This document shows positions 9,007 to 19,950 of a stretch of DNA of 34,659 nt, piece after piece. The notes beneath the pieces are model-generated. The model was not told the origin of the DNA and searched no databases. It saw only the letters and a program-made list of their open reading frames with translations. Made by a program: the position numbers and the translations under genes. This DNA comes from a virus (Duplodnaviria; Caudoviricetes): positions 1 to 34,659 of the IMG/VR virus record IMGVR_UViG_3300032330_000130, one strand, 5' to 3'. Position 1 is the stretch's first letter; each line of letters begins with the position of its first letter.

Positions 9007-9333
9007 ATGGCTCTCCAAACGACAATTTTGCGTGGAAACATCTCCAACGCATTCGTTATGGGTGTGACTTTTACAGCCACAACCGTTGCTACTTCTGGCG
9101 CATCTAAGACTGTCACTGTTGCTGGCTTAAAAGTTGGCGATGCAATCAAGGTCACTCTCCCCGCGGCTCAAACTACTGGTGTTGCTATTGCAAACGCTTA
9201 TGTTTCTGCGGCTGACACTTTGATTGTTCAGTTTATCAATGCAACAGGCTCAAGCGCTTCTGCCGCGGCTGGTGATTACACCGTGGTTGTAAATCGTCCT
9301 GAGTATTTGCCCCTTGATTCAAACGCTGTTTAA
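9007..9333 (+). CDS. Small beta-rich virion protein
   Basis: TVAGLKVGD...AYVSAADTLIVQF..YTVVV.RPE; strong RBS; in structural block. Confidence 0.65.
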   Translation: MALQTTILRGNISNAFVMGVTFTATTVATSGASKTVTVAGLKVGDAIKVTLPAAQTTGVAIANAYVSAADTLIVQFINATGSSASAAAGDYTVVVNRPEYLPLDSNAV

Positions 9334-9335
9334 TC

Positions 9336-9683
9336 ATGTCTAATACTACGGTCTTACGTCCTGTAGGAGTTACAACCGCCATTTCGGTGGGTGCGACTTC
9401 TACTGCCGCAACGCTTATTACCGCAAGCACCAATGACCAAGTTAACTACGCTTCTTTCATCAACACGGGTGCTACCTATGTTGCTGTCAGCCTTGGCGAT
9501 GCTAACGTGGCCGCGGCTGTCTTGCCCGTAAGCGGCTCAACCACAGGGAACTTTGTGTTACCCGCCTCTATGACAGTTCCAATTGTCTTGGCAGTACCCG
9601 CAAGTCCCTATTACGTCCGCATGATTGGTTCAGCCTCTGGCCCATCAATCGTTTATGTGACCCCCGTGGGCGATCAAACCTAA
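9336..9683 (+). CDS. Small beta-rich virion protein
   Basis: A/T/V-rich jelly-roll-like composition, VYVTPVG end; tightly packed. Confidence 0.65.
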   Translation: MSNTTVLRPVGVTTAISVGATSTAATLITASTNDQVNYASFINTGATYVAVSLGDANVAAAVLPVSGSTTGNFVLPASMTVPIVLAVPASPYYVRMIGSASGPSIVYVTPVGDQT

Positions 9684-9695
9684 AGGAAAAACCCC

Positions 9696-10253
9696 ATGTC
9701 AAGCGCTAATTCTGTTGCAAGCACATCATCTACAAATATTGTCCCTGTACAAGCTGAATTCAATTCGGCTGGCGTTTGCGTGGGTTTGGTTGGGCCGGGC
9801 GGGGCTTACTTTAGCCCCCCTCTGTCCAACGACACAATTACAGGCGCAACCATTGACAATTCGGTCATTGGCGGCACAACCCCTGCGGCTGTAACTGGTA
9901 CAAATGTTTATGCGTCAGCCGAAATTGGCTATAACGCATCAGCACAAGGAACTGTTACCCAAGCCACAAGCAAATCAACTGGCGTGACTTTGAACAAGTC
10001 TGCTGGTCAGATTACCATGAATGCCGCTTCATTAGCGGCTGGCACAACGGTTTTGTTTACTTTGACAAACAGCCTTTTGTCTGCCAAAGACGTTTTAGTT
10101 GTGAATGTGGGTAGCGGTGGAACGTCAGGCGCTTATTGGCCTTACGTTGCAAACGTAGCCGTTGGAACTGCTGTGATTGGTGTTTACAACAATACAGCTA
10201 GTCCATTGGCTGAAGCAATCGTGATCAATTACGCTGTTATTCACGGGGCTTAA
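9696..10253 (+). CDS. Virion fibre/appendage protein
   Basis: GTVTQATSKSTGVTLNK.AGQITM...FTLTNS domain typical of phage structural proteins. Confidence 0.65.
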   Translation: MSSANSVASTSSTNIVPVQAEFNSAGVCVGLVGPGGAYFSPPLSNDTITGATIDNSVIGGTTPAAVTGTNVYASAEIGYNASAQGTVTQATSKSTGVTLNKSAGQITMNAASLAAGTTVLFTLTNSLLSAKDVLVVNVGSGGTSGAYWPYVANVAVGTAVIGVYNNTASPLAEAIVINYAVIHGA

Positions 10254-10256
10254 AGC

Positions 10257-12473
10257 ATGGCTGACCCCGCCACAACGGTAGATCAAAACATTCTGCCTGT
10301 TCAGGCGTTGTTTAACCTTGACAATTCGTTTAATACGTTTATTGGTCAGGGTCAGCCGTTTTCTGCCCCAATTAGCCCAAATCAATCTGGTCTAAACATT
10401 ACGGCAAGCACAATCAACAGCACCACAATAGGTGCTTCTGTGCCATCTACGGGTGTTTTCACTAGCATTGCAACGACTACAGGGCAAATTAGCACTTCAC
10501 CAACAAGTGCTACAGATATAGCAAACAAGTTATATGTGGACACGGTTGCTCAAGGTCTAAACCCCAAGCAAGCGGTGAAATGTGGGACAACAGGCGCAAT
10601 TACGTTGTCTGGTCTGCAAACCATTGACACTTACACCACATTGGCGGGTGATCGGGTTTTAGTCAAGAATCAAGGCACATCGTCTGAAAATGGTATTTAT
10701 GTTGCTTCTGCGTCTGCGTGGACAAGAGCAACAGACATGGATGTGTGGGCAGAAGTGCCGGGGGCGTACACCGTCATTCTCAATGGTGGTCAAGCCAATA
10801 CAGGGTGGGTTTCCACTTCTGCTGATACAGGCACGATTAACGTCACCGCCATTACCTTTGTGCAATTCTCAGGAACAGGCAATTATTATGCGGGTACGGG
10901 TCTAAACCTTTCTTCAAACACTTTCAGCATTGCCAACACAGGCGTAAGTGCCGCGGCTTATGGGTCAGCATCTAAAACCCTGACCGCGACTGTCAACGCA
11001 CAAGGTCAATTGACCGTGTTAGCCGCAACTGACATTGCCATTACCAACACCCAAGTTTCAGGCTTGGGAACAATGTCCACTCAAAACGCTAATTCAGTAA
11101 CAATTACTGGTGGCACAATTAACGGCACAACAATTGGCGGCTCTACTGCTGGCGCAATTACTGGCACAACTATCACGGCTAACACACAGTTTAGCGGTGC
11201 GGGAACGGGTTTAACGGGTACTGCAACCAGTTTGTCCATTGGTGGGAATGCCGCCACAGCGACTACGGCAACAAGCGCCACAACCGCGGGAAGCGCAACA
11301 ACTGCGACAACTTCCACAAACATTGCGGGCGGTGCTTCAGGGTCTTTGCCATATCAATCAGCGGCAAGCACAACGGCATTATTGGGAATTGGCTCAAACG
11401 GTCAAATTCTGACAATTTCAAGTGGTTTACCCGCATGGGCAAATGCTTCAACTGCGGCAGTCACAAGTTTTAGCGCAGGGACAACGGGTTTTACCCCAAG
11501 TTCAGCAACAACAGGCGTTGTGACTTTGGCGGGAACTTTGGCGACTACCAATGGTGGAACGGGTCTTACAGCGTTTACATCAGGTGGTGCGGTGTATGCC
11601 TCAAGCACATCAGTTTTAACGACAGGAACGCTTCCTGTGGCTTCTGGCGGCACAGGCGTGACCACTAGCACAGGAACTGCCTCAGTTGTTTTGTCTGATT
11701 CTCCTACTTTGGTAACTCCTATTCTTGGAACGCCACAATCTGTTACGTTGACATTTGGAACAGGTTTGCCTTTAACCACAGGCGTGACGGGAACTTTGCC
11801 CATTGCCAACGGTGGAACAAATGCAACGGCTACACCAACTGCGGGCGCTATAGCCTATGGAACTGGTACGGCTTACGCATTTACAGCCACAGGGACAATT
11901 GGTCAAGTTCTGACTTCTAATGGTTCTGGTGCGCCAACTTGGACAAGTGCTTCGGGCGGGATTACAGTTACTGATGACACAACAACTAATGCTGTACGTT
12001 ATCCTTTGTTCTCTAGCGCAACAAGTGGAACAATTACAACCGAATACACAAGTTCAACCAAATACCAATACAACCCCTCAACAGGCGTTTTAACGGCAAC
12101 AGGGTTTAGCGGTTCAGGTGCTTCATTGACAAGCATTCCAAATGCGGGATTGGTAAATTCTAGCGTTACGATTGGATCAACTGCCGTGGCGTTGGGTGCG
12201 ACTGTGACCACATTTGCGGGTCTTGCTTCAGTCACATCAACCACTTTTGTTGGTGCTTTGACGGGTAATGCGTCAACTGCAACAAGTGCAACAACCGCAA
12301 CAAATGCGACTAATACGGCTATAACTGATGACACAACTACAAATGCCACTTATTACCCAACATTTGTTAGCACGACCACAGGCAATTTGCCTATTACAGT
12401 TTCGTCAACAAAGTTAAAATACAACCCTAGCACAGGCGCTTTAACCGCCAATAGGCTAATCATTGCACCCTAA
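10257..12473 (+). CDS. Long tail/head fibre protein
   Basis: ANKLYVD, LSGLQTID...GDRVLVKNQ...ENGIYV...WTRATD domain; GTLPxxxGGT repeats; duplicated DDTTTNA...YNPSTG module. Confidence 0.85.
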   Translation: MADPATTVDQNILPVQALFNLDNSFNTFIGQGQPFSAPISPNQSGLNITASTINSTTIGASVPSTGVFTSIATTTGQISTSPTSATDIANKLYVDTVAQGLNPKQAVKCGTTGAITLSGLQTIDTYTTLAGDRVLVKNQGTSSENGIYVASASAWTRATDMDVWAEVPGAYTVILNGGQANTGWVSTSADTGTINVTAITFVQFSGTGNYYAGTGLNLSSNTFSIANTGVSAAAYGSASKTLTATVNAQGQLTVLAATDIAITNTQVSGLGTMSTQNANSVTITGGTINGTTIGGSTAGAITGTTITANTQFSGAGTGLTGTATSLSIGGNAATATTATSATTAGSATTATTSTNIAGGASGSLPYQSAASTTALLGIGSNGQILTISSGLPAWANASTAAVTSFSAGTTGFTPSSATTGVVTLAGTLATTNGGTGLTAFTSGGAVYASSTSVLTTGTLPVASGGTGVTTSTGTASVVLSDSPTLVTPILGTPQSVTLTFGTGLPLTTGVTGTLPIANGGTNATATPTAGAIAYGTGTAYAFTATGTIGQVLTSNGSGAPTWTSASGGITVTDDTTTNAVRYPLFSSATSGTITTEYTSSTKYQYNPSTGVLTATGFSGSGASLTSIPNAGLVNSSVTIGSTAVALGATVTTFAGLASVTSTTFVGALTGNASTATSATTATNATNTAITDDTTTNATYYPTFVSTTTGNLPITVSSTKLKYNPSTGALTANRLIIAP

Positions 12474-12482
12474 GGAAATATC

Positions 12483-14198
12483 ATGGGAAATTTAGTTTTT
12501 CAGGCGACATTAGGTGGGACAGTCACGCTGGTTGGCCCTAACACTGCTAACACAACCAGTTTAACTTTACCCGCGGCTGATGGCTCTAGCGGTCAACCAC
12601 TCAAAACTGATGGCAGTGGCACATTGTCATTTGGCGCATTGGGCGTTGCGGGTGGCGGTACAGGCGTAACAAGCACGCCAACTAACGGTCAATTATTGAT
12701 TGGCAATGGGACAGGATTTACTGCGGCAACCTTGACCCAAGGCAATAACATAACAATTACCAATTCATCAGGAGGTATTTCAATTGCGGCAACTGCTGGC
12801 GGTAATTTTGGCGGTGATATTAGTTATACAGATTATTCGTTAACTACATCTACTGCTTTAACAGCTACTCCAACAACTGTTCATATGCAGTCTGTTTCTT
12901 TGGATGGCACAAGCGAGTTGATGATTTTGCATGGCTCATCATCGGCTCATGCAGTAGTTTGGAACAGTAGCACCAACACTTTTGGAACGCCTGTATTGGT
13001 TAGAACAGCAAATTTCGCTACAATAGGTACTTTAGGATTGGCAAAGATTTCATCAACTTCAGTTTTGATGTGTTCTTTGCCTAGTTCTGGTACAGCATTA
13101 GAAACTGTTGTTTTAACTGTTAGTGGAAGCACAGTTACGGTAAATACTGCACTAGCAACAACATTGGCGGCAACTAGCGATCTAATTACTGCAAATACTA
13201 GATTGGTAACTGTTGGTTCAAGTTATGTTTTAAATTACACAACAAATTCTGATGCCTTACCAAAGTTTAGAGCAATTACAGTAAGCGGAACAACCCCGTC
13301 AATTGGCTCTCAATTAGCCTATGCTGGTGGAACTGGCTTTTATCATTCATATGCTTATAGTTCTTCTATTTTGTTGCATCTTAGTGCCGATTCAACAACT
13401 GTTTATGCTTACCCAATCACAGTTAGTGGAACTACCTTAACTGGGGGAACTGCCGCAACAGCAACAACAACTAGTTCTAGTATTTGTTCAGGCGTTTTAA
13501 GCACAGGTCGAGTTGCTCTTTTTTATGCAAACACAACTGGTCGAGGCGCACTTGTTTCTGTTGCCGCCACAGTTGCTACTATTACAACTGCGGCAACTAC
13601 ATTAACTGTTGCATCAACTTTTTACCCGCAAATGCAAGTTTTTTCTAATCAAGCATTTATTTTAACTGGAGCTAATTCGTCAGACCGAATAAGTGTTTTA
13701 ACCGATACAGCGGGTGTTGCTACTGTTGGCACAGAATTGCAAGTAGTCGCTGGCAGTTATATGGTTGGGTATTTAAGCACAAGCAAAGTGTTTCTTAGTG
13801 ACACTACTTCGGGAGGTAGTCGATACCATCAATATGGCATTTCATCGGGTGCGGCTGTATTAGAAAAAACATTTCAAACAATAACAAGCACAGCTACTGT
13901 TACAGCTTGGACAGCAGGACGATCACCATATACCGCACCATTGTCTGGCCCTCCTCAAAGTGGAAGTAATCAAAACACAATGTTACGAAATTCATCAGGA
14001 AAAATAGCGGTAGGAATTTCGTCAACTGCGCCATTTACAACTTCAATTGATGGCACAAACCCTGCAAAATTACAGCAATCTGCAAATCCATTTAGACCAT
14101 ATAACGATGCAATATCTGATGCAGTAAATTGGGGAATTCCAGAAACAACATCAGGAACAGCTACTGCGATCACAATGAGAAAGGTAACATTAGCATGA
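12483..14198 (+). CDS. Second fibre / receptor-binding protein with probable C-terminal beta-propeller
   Basis: LTLPAADGSSGQPLKTDGSGTLSF and GQLLIGNG fibre motifs, then repeated TVSGTT blade-like units. Confidence 0.7.
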   Translation: MGNLVFQATLGGTVTLVGPNTANTTSLTLPAADGSSGQPLKTDGSGTLSFGALGVAGGGTGVTSTPTNGQLLIGNGTGFTAATLTQGNNITITNSSGGISIAATAGGNFGGDISYTDYSLTTSTALTATPTTVHMQSVSLDGTSELMILHGSSSAHAVVWNSSTNTFGTPVLVRTANFATIGTLGLAKISSTSVLMCSLPSSGTALETVVLTVSGSTVTVNTALATTLAATSDLITANTRLVTVGSSYVLNYTTNSDALPKFRAITVSGTTPSIGSQLAYAGGTGFYHSYAYSSSILLHLSADSTTVYAYPITVSGTTLTGGTAATATTTSSSICSGVLSTGRVALFYANTTGRGALVSVAATVATITTAATTLTVASTFYPQMQVFSNQAFILTGANSSDRISVLTDTAGVATVGTELQVVAGSYMVGYLSTSKVFLSDTTSGGSRYHQYGISSGAAVLEKTFQTITSTATVTAWTAGRSPYTAPLSGPPQSGSNQNTMLRNSSGKIAVGISSTAPFTTSIDGTNPAKLQQSANPFRPYNDAISDAVNWGIPETTSGTATAITMRKVTLA

Positions 14199-14455
14199 AA
14201 AAGATTACTACTGCCGCTGGCAAATTTGGCCCTTACGAATCTATTGAAGTTCTTGAAGATCGTTACCGAGTGGATGGCCCGTCAGACTTACCCTTTACCG
14301 TTATTGGTCAAGGTGAAATTAGCGATGTGGTAGATGGGGATTTTCCAATTCCCGAATATGTTGCGCCCGTTGTTGAAGAAGCACCACAACCCACTAGGGA
14401 AGAATTGCTTGCTCAAATTCAAGCACTTGCTACTCAAGTTCAATCTTTGCCATGA
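14195..14455 (+). CDS. Small protein following the fibre gene (assembly-chaperone-like)
   Basis: ATGA-coupled start MKKITT at 14195; PTREELLAQIQAL C-terminal helix. Confidence 0.55.
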   Translation: MKKITTAAGKFGPYESIEVLEDRYRVDGPSDLPFTVIGQGEISDVVDGDFPIPEYVAPVVEEAPQPTREELLAQIQALATQVQSLP

Positions 14456-14766
14456 ACTTTATTTGGACAATCACAGAAACCCAAGTCAAAGATGGCTTGA
14501 TTCTTTGCGCCAAATACCATGTGGTTGCAAAGGAAGATGACCTATCTGTTGAAACAGAGGGTTATTGGAAGTTTGGTGATCCACAATTAGGCGTTCCTTT
14601 TGATCAAGTGACAGAGGAAATGATTGTTAATTGGATTGAAAAAGAGACTATGCGAGATGGCGTTTGCGTCATAAAATCAAGGTTAATAGAACAACTTGAT
14701 TCACTCAGTAAAAGTCAGTTCGTACCCCCTCCTTGGATGCCTCAGACATTCAGCGTGAAACTGTAA
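14452..14766 (+). CDS. Conserved tail-fibre-associated hypothetical protein
   Basis: W.I...VPFDQVTEEMIVNWI...PPPW pattern common next to phage fibre genes. Confidence 0.6.
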   Translation: MNFIWTITETQVKDGLILCAKYHVVAKEDDLSVETEGYWKFGDPQLGVPFDQVTEEMIVNWIEKETMRDGVCVIKSRLIEQLDSLSKSQFVPPPWMPQTFSVKL

Positions 14767-14775
14767 GGAAAACCT

Positions 14776-15756
14776 ATGGCTGTGCCTTATGATATTGTTA
14801 GCCGAGCGCTAAAAGACATTGGCGCATTGGAGGCGGGTGAAACGCCAACACCAGACGCGGCACTTGATGCGTTTGAAATGATGAATGACATGATTGACCA
14901 ATGGTCAAATGAAAACATGATGGTTTTCAATGTCACAGAAATTATTTGCCCTGTCATTTCGGGTCAAACTCAATACACAATTGGCCCTAACCCATCGACT
15001 CAAAACTTTATTGGTGCTTCTTTTACAGGCTCAATCACAGGCACAACTTTGACCGTGACGGGCATTAACTCAGGCGCTTTGGCTCAAGGTCAAACCCTAA
15101 GTGGAACGGGGATTACAGCGGGAACAAAGATTACTCAGTTCTTGACGGGCGCTGGTGGCAACATCAATGAAACTGGTACATACCAACTTAACATTTCCCA
15201 AACTGTTGCCTCAACAACTATTACCGCTTACTACCAAAAACCTTTAAACATTGATTCAGCATTTGTTAGGGTTAACACTACATCTAATGGTCAGCCCATC
15301 ACGGGTGGTGGTTTGGACTATCCAATGTCAGTTTTGGCATTGCAAGACTATGAAATGATTGGTCTAAAAACGCTGAGTGGCCCGTGGCCTAAGGCGGTTT
15401 ACTTCAATGCTGGTTCAGATTCAGGCAATCTTTTTATTTGGCCTAGCCCCTCACAAGGTGAACTTCATTTGTTTGCTAATACCTTGTTTAGCCGCTACGA
15501 CTCAATGTATGAGGACTTAGCGCTTCCACAAGGTTACTCAATGGCTCTCAGATGGTGTTTAGCAGAGCGTTTGATGCCTATGTATGGCAAAGCCTCACCA
15601 ACGCAAATAACGATGATTCAGACGTTTGCAGGGCAAGCTAAAGCTACTCTCAAGCGCACAAATATGTCGCCATTGCAGACTGCCCGTTACCCTGATGCTT
15701 TGCTTACGGGTAGAGCAAAAGATGCGGGCTGGATTCTTACTGGCGGCTTTATTTAA
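14776..15756 (+). CDS. P22 gp4-like head-tail adaptor with an inserted beta-rich module
   Basis: [17 protein letters not shown]...MNDMIDQW and [18 protein letters not shown] motifs; Gly/Thr-rich insert at ~15016-15229. Confidence 0.8.
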   Translation: MAVPYDIVSRALKDIGALEAGETPTPDAALDAFEMMNDMIDQWSNENMMVFNVTEIICPVISGQTQYTIGPNPSTQNFIGASFTGSITGTTLTVTGINSGALAQGQTLSGTGITAGTKITQFLTGAGGNINETGTYQLNISQTVASTTITAYYQKPLNIDSAFVRVNTTSNGQPITGGGLDYPMSVLALQDYEMIGLKTLSGPWPKAVYFNAGSDSGNLFIWPSPSQGELHLFANTLFSRYDSMYEDLALPQGYSMALRWCLAERLMPMYGKASPTQITMIQTFAGQAKATLKRTNMSPLQTARYPDALLTGRAKDAGWILTGGFI

Positions 15757-15765
15757 GGGGCTACC

Positions 15766-18027
15766 ATGCCAGATTTTGGTTTTGTTGGCGCATCGTATGA
15801 AGCACCTAGCATCTATCAGGATGCTCAGGAGTGCATCAATTTCTTTCCTGAAATTGACCCTGCTAAACAGCAAGGGGAACGTGGGGTGGTGGCGTTGTAC
15901 CCTACGCCCGGTCTGACCTTAAAAGCGGTTCTCCCCAACCAACAAGAGGTTCGTGGGCTTCACACGGTTTCGGGCGGTGAGCAAATGATTGCGGTTTGCG
16001 GATCGTATGTTTACGCCTTGACCGCCAATTTAGTGCCTACGGTAATCGGACAACTTAATTCCAGTTCTGGAATAGTGCGAATTACTGACAACGGGGTAAA
16101 CGTCTATTTGGTGGACGGTGCTTATCGTTACACATGGCGTATTTCTAGCCCCGCATCTGCTGTTTTTACTGGTTCTGTAAGTGGCACAACCCTAACTGTT
16201 ACAAATGTTTCTAGCGGCACGATTGCGGCTAGTCAAGCCTTGTTTGGTGTAGGCGTAACTGGCGAAACCGTTATCACCGCCTTGGGTACGGGTACGGGTG
16301 GAACGGGAACTTACACAATCAATCTTTCCCAAACCGTTGCATCCACTTCATTGAGTTCTGCAACCGTAGGGGCAAAAGTCACGGGAACTGTTGGCGCTGA
16401 TCTGAGTACGGTCACAATTACAGGAACTGCGGGTCAGTTTGCTTGTGCCGCTTCTCCAATTCCTTTGGCTATTGGTCAGTCTTTAACAATTTATGGTGCT
16501 TATGGTGGCACAGGCTCAATTTCAGGATATGTAAATCCGACAACCTATTACATTATTGCGACTAACACTTCAACGACATTTACTTTGTCTGCGACTTTAG
16601 GTGGTGCGGCAATTACCACAACCGCGGGAACGCCTACGGGTTTGGGTTATCAAGTAGCGCCTACCACTTTAAATGTGACCGCTGTGGTGAGTGGGACTCT
16701 TTATGTTGGGCAAACAATCCAAGGTGATGCAGTACCCGCTAACACGATCATTACAGCCCTTGGAACGGGGTCTGGTGGCGTTGGAACATACACCATAAGC
16801 AGTTCAGGCTTCTTAGGTACAAGGACGTTTTACGGGCTTAATTTTTCTGTTTTGCCATCTACTGATGGTGCGTTTAGTGGTGCAAACACGGTTGATATTA
16901 TGGACAACTACTTTGTCTATAACAACCCAACGACTCAGCAATGGGGCGCAAGTGACCTTTTGTCGCCCATTTCACCGCCTTTGAGTTACTCATTAAAGGA
17001 TGGCGCACCTGATGATTTGGTGGCTTTGATTGTTGATCACCGTGAAGTCTATTTGATGGGTGAGATTTCGTCAGAGGTTTGGACTGATGTGGGAACTGTG
17101 CCGTTCCCGTTCCAAAGAATACCGGGGACTTCTACCCAACACGGCATTGCCGCACCATTTTCTTTGGCTCGACTTGGCAATTCATTTGCGTATGTTTCAA
17201 GAAACAACCGTGGTCAAGCGCAGATCATGCAAATGCAAGGATATATCCCACAAAGGATTTCCACTCACGCTGTTGAGAACACCTTAACTAATCAATACAT
17301 TAACGATGCTATTTCTTGGACTTATCAGCTTGAAGGGCATGAAGTTTTTGTAGTCACTTTCCCATCACTTGAATTGACATGGGCTTATGACATAACCACT
17401 CAAATGTGGCACAAATGGCTTTACACGGCTACAAATAGCACCTATCAACGTCACCGCGGTAATTGCTGTGCTACGTTTCAGGGCTTGGTCATGGTGGGTG
17501 ACTATTCCAATGGCAAGATTTATGAGTTGGATAAAAACAATTACACAGACGATGGGCAGACTATCCGCAGACTGCGTAGAGCGCCCCATTTGGTGACTGA
17601 GTTTCAAAGGCAGTATTTTGATGAATTGCAGATTCAGTTCCAGCCGGGCGTGGGGACTACGGGGCTTTCAGGGCCGGGTTTAATCCAAGATTTAAACACC
17701 ATTTATTTGGGTGATACATATACAATCACCAGTACGGGTGAATTAAATATTGAAGTTTTAAAAACCTACATTTTGGGAACTGTAAACAATACTGATAACC
17801 CAACCACAACAACGCCACAAGCCATGTTGCGGTGGTCTAGTGATGGTGGATCAACTTGGTCAAATGAGCATTGGACGGGTATTGGTCAACTTGGCAAATA
17901 CAAGAATCGTGCCATTTGGCGCAGATTGGGAACAGCCCGTGACCGTATTTTTGAAGTGGTGGTGACTGATCCTGTAAAAATGGTCATCATTTCAGCAAAC
18001 CTTAAAGTTCAAGGGGCAGAAAACTAA
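15766..18027 (+). CDS. P22 gp10-like tail nozzle / DNA-stabilisation protein with inserted modules
   Basis: [61 protein letters not shown] motifs. Confidence 0.92.
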   Translation: MPDFGFVGASYEAPSIYQDAQECINFFPEIDPAKQQGERGVVALYPTPGLTLKAVLPNQQEVRGLHTVSGGEQMIAVCGSYVYALTANLVPTVIGQLNSSSGIVRITDNGVNVYLVDGAYRYTWRISSPASAVFTGSVSGTTLTVTNVSSGTIAASQALFGVGVTGETVITALGTGTGGTGTYTINLSQTVASTSLSSATVGAKVTGTVGADLSTVTITGTAGQFACAASPIPLAIGQSLTIYGAYGGTGSISGYVNPTTYYIIATNTSTTFTLSATLGGAAITTTAGTPTGLGYQVAPTTLNVTAVVSGTLYVGQTIQGDAVPANTIITALGTGSGGVGTYTISSSGFLGTRTFYGLNFSVLPSTDGAFSGANTVDIMDNYFVYNNPTTQQWGASDLLSPISPPLSYSLKDGAPDDLVALIVDHREVYLMGEISSEVWTDVGTVPFPFQRIPGTSTQHGIAAPFSLARLGNSFAYVSRNNRGQAQIMQMQGYIPQRISTHAVENTLTNQYINDAISWTYQLEGHEVFVVTFPSLELTWAYDITTQMWHKWLYTATNSTYQRHRGNCCATFQGLVMVGDYSNGKIYELDKNNYTDDGQTIRRLRRAPHLVTEFQRQYFDELQIQFQPGVGTTGLSGPGLIQDLNTIYLGDTYTITSTGELNIEVLKTYILGTVNNTDNPTTTTPQAMLRWSSDGGSTWSNEHWTGIGQLGKYKNRAIWRRLGTARDRIFEVVVTDPVKMVIISANLKVQGAEN

Positions 18028-18263
18028 TGGCTAATGGACTATCAAGCACACAGCAAGTTAACCCTTATCCACAAGCACCGTTTTTGGATGATGCGACAAA
18101 GCGCCCTGCTAGGTCATGGCAACAATACTTTGTGAACTTGTTGAACTTCGGTTCTTCTGCTACTGCAACGGCAGGGTCTGCAACACTTCCCGCTAATCCC
18201 GTGGGATTTATGAATGTCACCGTAGATGGGCAAAGCTACAAAGTGCCTTATTACAATGTTTGA
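18027..18263 (+). CDS. Small tail accessory protein (gp26-equivalent position)
   Basis: TAATG-coupled to the nozzle gene; R.WQQYF..L and LPANPVGF..V.V.G..YKVPYY. Confidence 0.55.
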   Translation: MANGLSSTQQVNPYPQAPFLDDATKRPARSWQQYFVNLLNFGSSATATAGSATLPANPVGFMNVTVDGQSYKVPYYNV

Positions 18264-18276
18264 GAGAGCCTAAATT

Positions 18277-19941
18277 ATGAATGAAATAGTAAATTCTATT
18301 GTTGGCAAAACTGTTGGCTTAACGCCTCAACAGATGAGCGCGGCAACAAAAGGCGGTGCGGGTCAAGCCATCAAGATTGGCAACACTTATTATCAGCCCC
18401 AATATGACACAACTGGTTCAGGCATGGATGCCCAACAAGGCCCGTTGTCGGGTTTTTTATCTTACGAAGATGCGGCTAATAAAGTTGGTGGTAAATACAA
18501 CCAATATGACGCACAAGGCAATTTTGTTCGTGAAGGCACTCAGCAAAAAGTAGATGCAACCAAAGATTTCCTAAAGTTTGCCGCATTAGCCGCTGGCGGT
18601 ATGTATGGACTTGGTGGCGTTGGTGCGGCTGGAACACCTTTTGCTGGTGAAGCATTAGCAGACGCGGGATTGCTCTCTGGTGGTGGCGGTCAAACACTTG
18701 GATCAATAGCAAATCTTGCCGCTGACGCTGATTTGGCTGGCGGTTTGATTCCTGAATTTGGTACAAATGCCGCGGCTGATGCGTTTATGACGGGCGCGAT
18801 GACTCCAGAAGCTACTGCGGCATTGGGTGCAACCGTGGCGGCCGCCCCTGAAGTGATTGGTTCTGGTAATGCTTTAACAACTGCCGCGGCAACAGCCGCA
18901 CCATTAACAACAACAACAACGCCAAGCACACTAATTAACCCAACAACGGGTTTGCTTGCAAATGCCGCTGGTACTTTGCTTAGTAATGTTGCAAATCAAT
19001 CTGGAATTGACAATGCAAGAGATGCTATTACCCAAGGCGGTGCAACGGCAAACACAGCATTAAACACGGCTTATCAAGATGCTAGAGGTTTAAATGCGGC
19101 AAACCGTACAGATTTGGGCAATGTTTTCTTAAACCAAAACACAAACCTAAACAATGTTATTGGCGCACAAGCGGGTATTTTTGATAGAACAAACACAGCA
19201 TTGGGTAACATTTACTCCAATACTGGAAAGAATCTGCAAAACTTGTATGAACAACAAGTTGGCTATCAACAACCTTACCAAGATGTTGGACGCACAGGCA
19301 CTAAAGGTTTAATCGACAATACACCTTACTTTACGCATCAGTTTGATACTGCTGATATGTATTCAGGTTTAGCACCTAACTACAATTTTATGTTGGGTCA
19401 AGGTCAAATGGCTAACCAACGTCTTGGAAACATGAGTGGTGGTGCTTTGGGTGGTAATGCAATGACAGGCTTGCAACGCTACACACAAGACTATGCGGGC
19501 AATGCTTATCAACAAGCCTTTAACAACTACGGCAAACAACGTAGCGACATTTACAACAGTTTAAAAGGTATGGCTGACATTGGGACAACTTCCACAGGAC
19601 AATTGGTCAATCTTGGCAATACATACGGTTCTAACATGACTGGTTTGTCTAACAATTACGCAAGCAATATGCTTGGTAATGCCAACACAATGCAAGGCAA
19701 TTACAACCAGTACGGCAGTAATTTGAACAATGCGGCTAATAACTATGCAAGTAACTTAACGACAAATGCCAATACTGGTGTCAATGCTTCAAATGTGTAT
19801 GGTCTGAATTCAGCTAATCTTGCAACTGGTCTTGCTGGCGCATTGGCAAGCAACGCCACAGCAACAGGCGCAAACAATGCAACCGCATTGAGCAACCTTG
19901 GCAATACCGCATTGCTTGGCTCTATGATCAAAGCGACATAA
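18277..19941 (+). CDS. DNA ejection/pilot protein (P22 gp7-like)
   Basis: Gly/Ala-rich hydrophobic segments, PNYNFMLGQG...LQRYTQDYA core, C-terminal NxYxSN repeats; position after nozzle. Confidence 0.7.
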   Translation: MNEIVNSIVGKTVGLTPQQMSAATKGGAGQAIKIGNTYYQPQYDTTGSGMDAQQGPLSGFLSYEDAANKVGGKYNQYDAQGNFVREGTQQKVDATKDFLKFAALAAGGMYGLGGVGAAGTPFAGEALADAGLLSGGGGQTLGSIANLAADADLAGGLIPEFGTNAAADAFMTGAMTPEATAALGATVAAAPEVIGSGNALTTAAATAAPLTTTTTPSTLINPTTGLLANAAGTLLSNVANQSGIDNARDAITQGGATANTALNTAYQDARGLNAANRTDLGNVFLNQNTNLNNVIGAQAGIFDRTNTALGNIYSNTGKNLQNLYEQQVGYQQPYQDVGRTGTKGLIDNTPYFTHQFDTADMYSGLAPNYNFMLGQGQMANQRLGNMSGGALGGNAMTGLQRYTQDYAGNAYQQAFNNYGKQRSDIYNSLKGMADIGTTSTGQLVNLGNTYGSNMTGLSNNYASNMLGNANTMQGNYNQYGSNLNNAANNYASNLTTNANTGVNASNVYGLNSANLATGLAGALASNATATGANNATALSNLGNTALLGSMIKAT

Positions 19942-19950
19942 GGATAAATC

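Noticed and set aside
7293-12349. Numerous antisense ORFs opposite the coat and fibre genes
   Set aside because: Shadow frames caused by Thr/Gly/Ala codon bias; no RBS or promoter support
11230-12450. Repeats in the fibre gene as a CRISPR array or DGR template/variable repeat
   Set aside because: They are degenerate in-frame protein repeats; no spacer structure, reverse transcriptase or adenine-specific mismatches
18065-18077. Second TTATCCACA(AGCA) DnaA-box match
   Set aside because: Lies inside a structural CDS (Pro-Tyr-Pro-Gln codons) with no origin context
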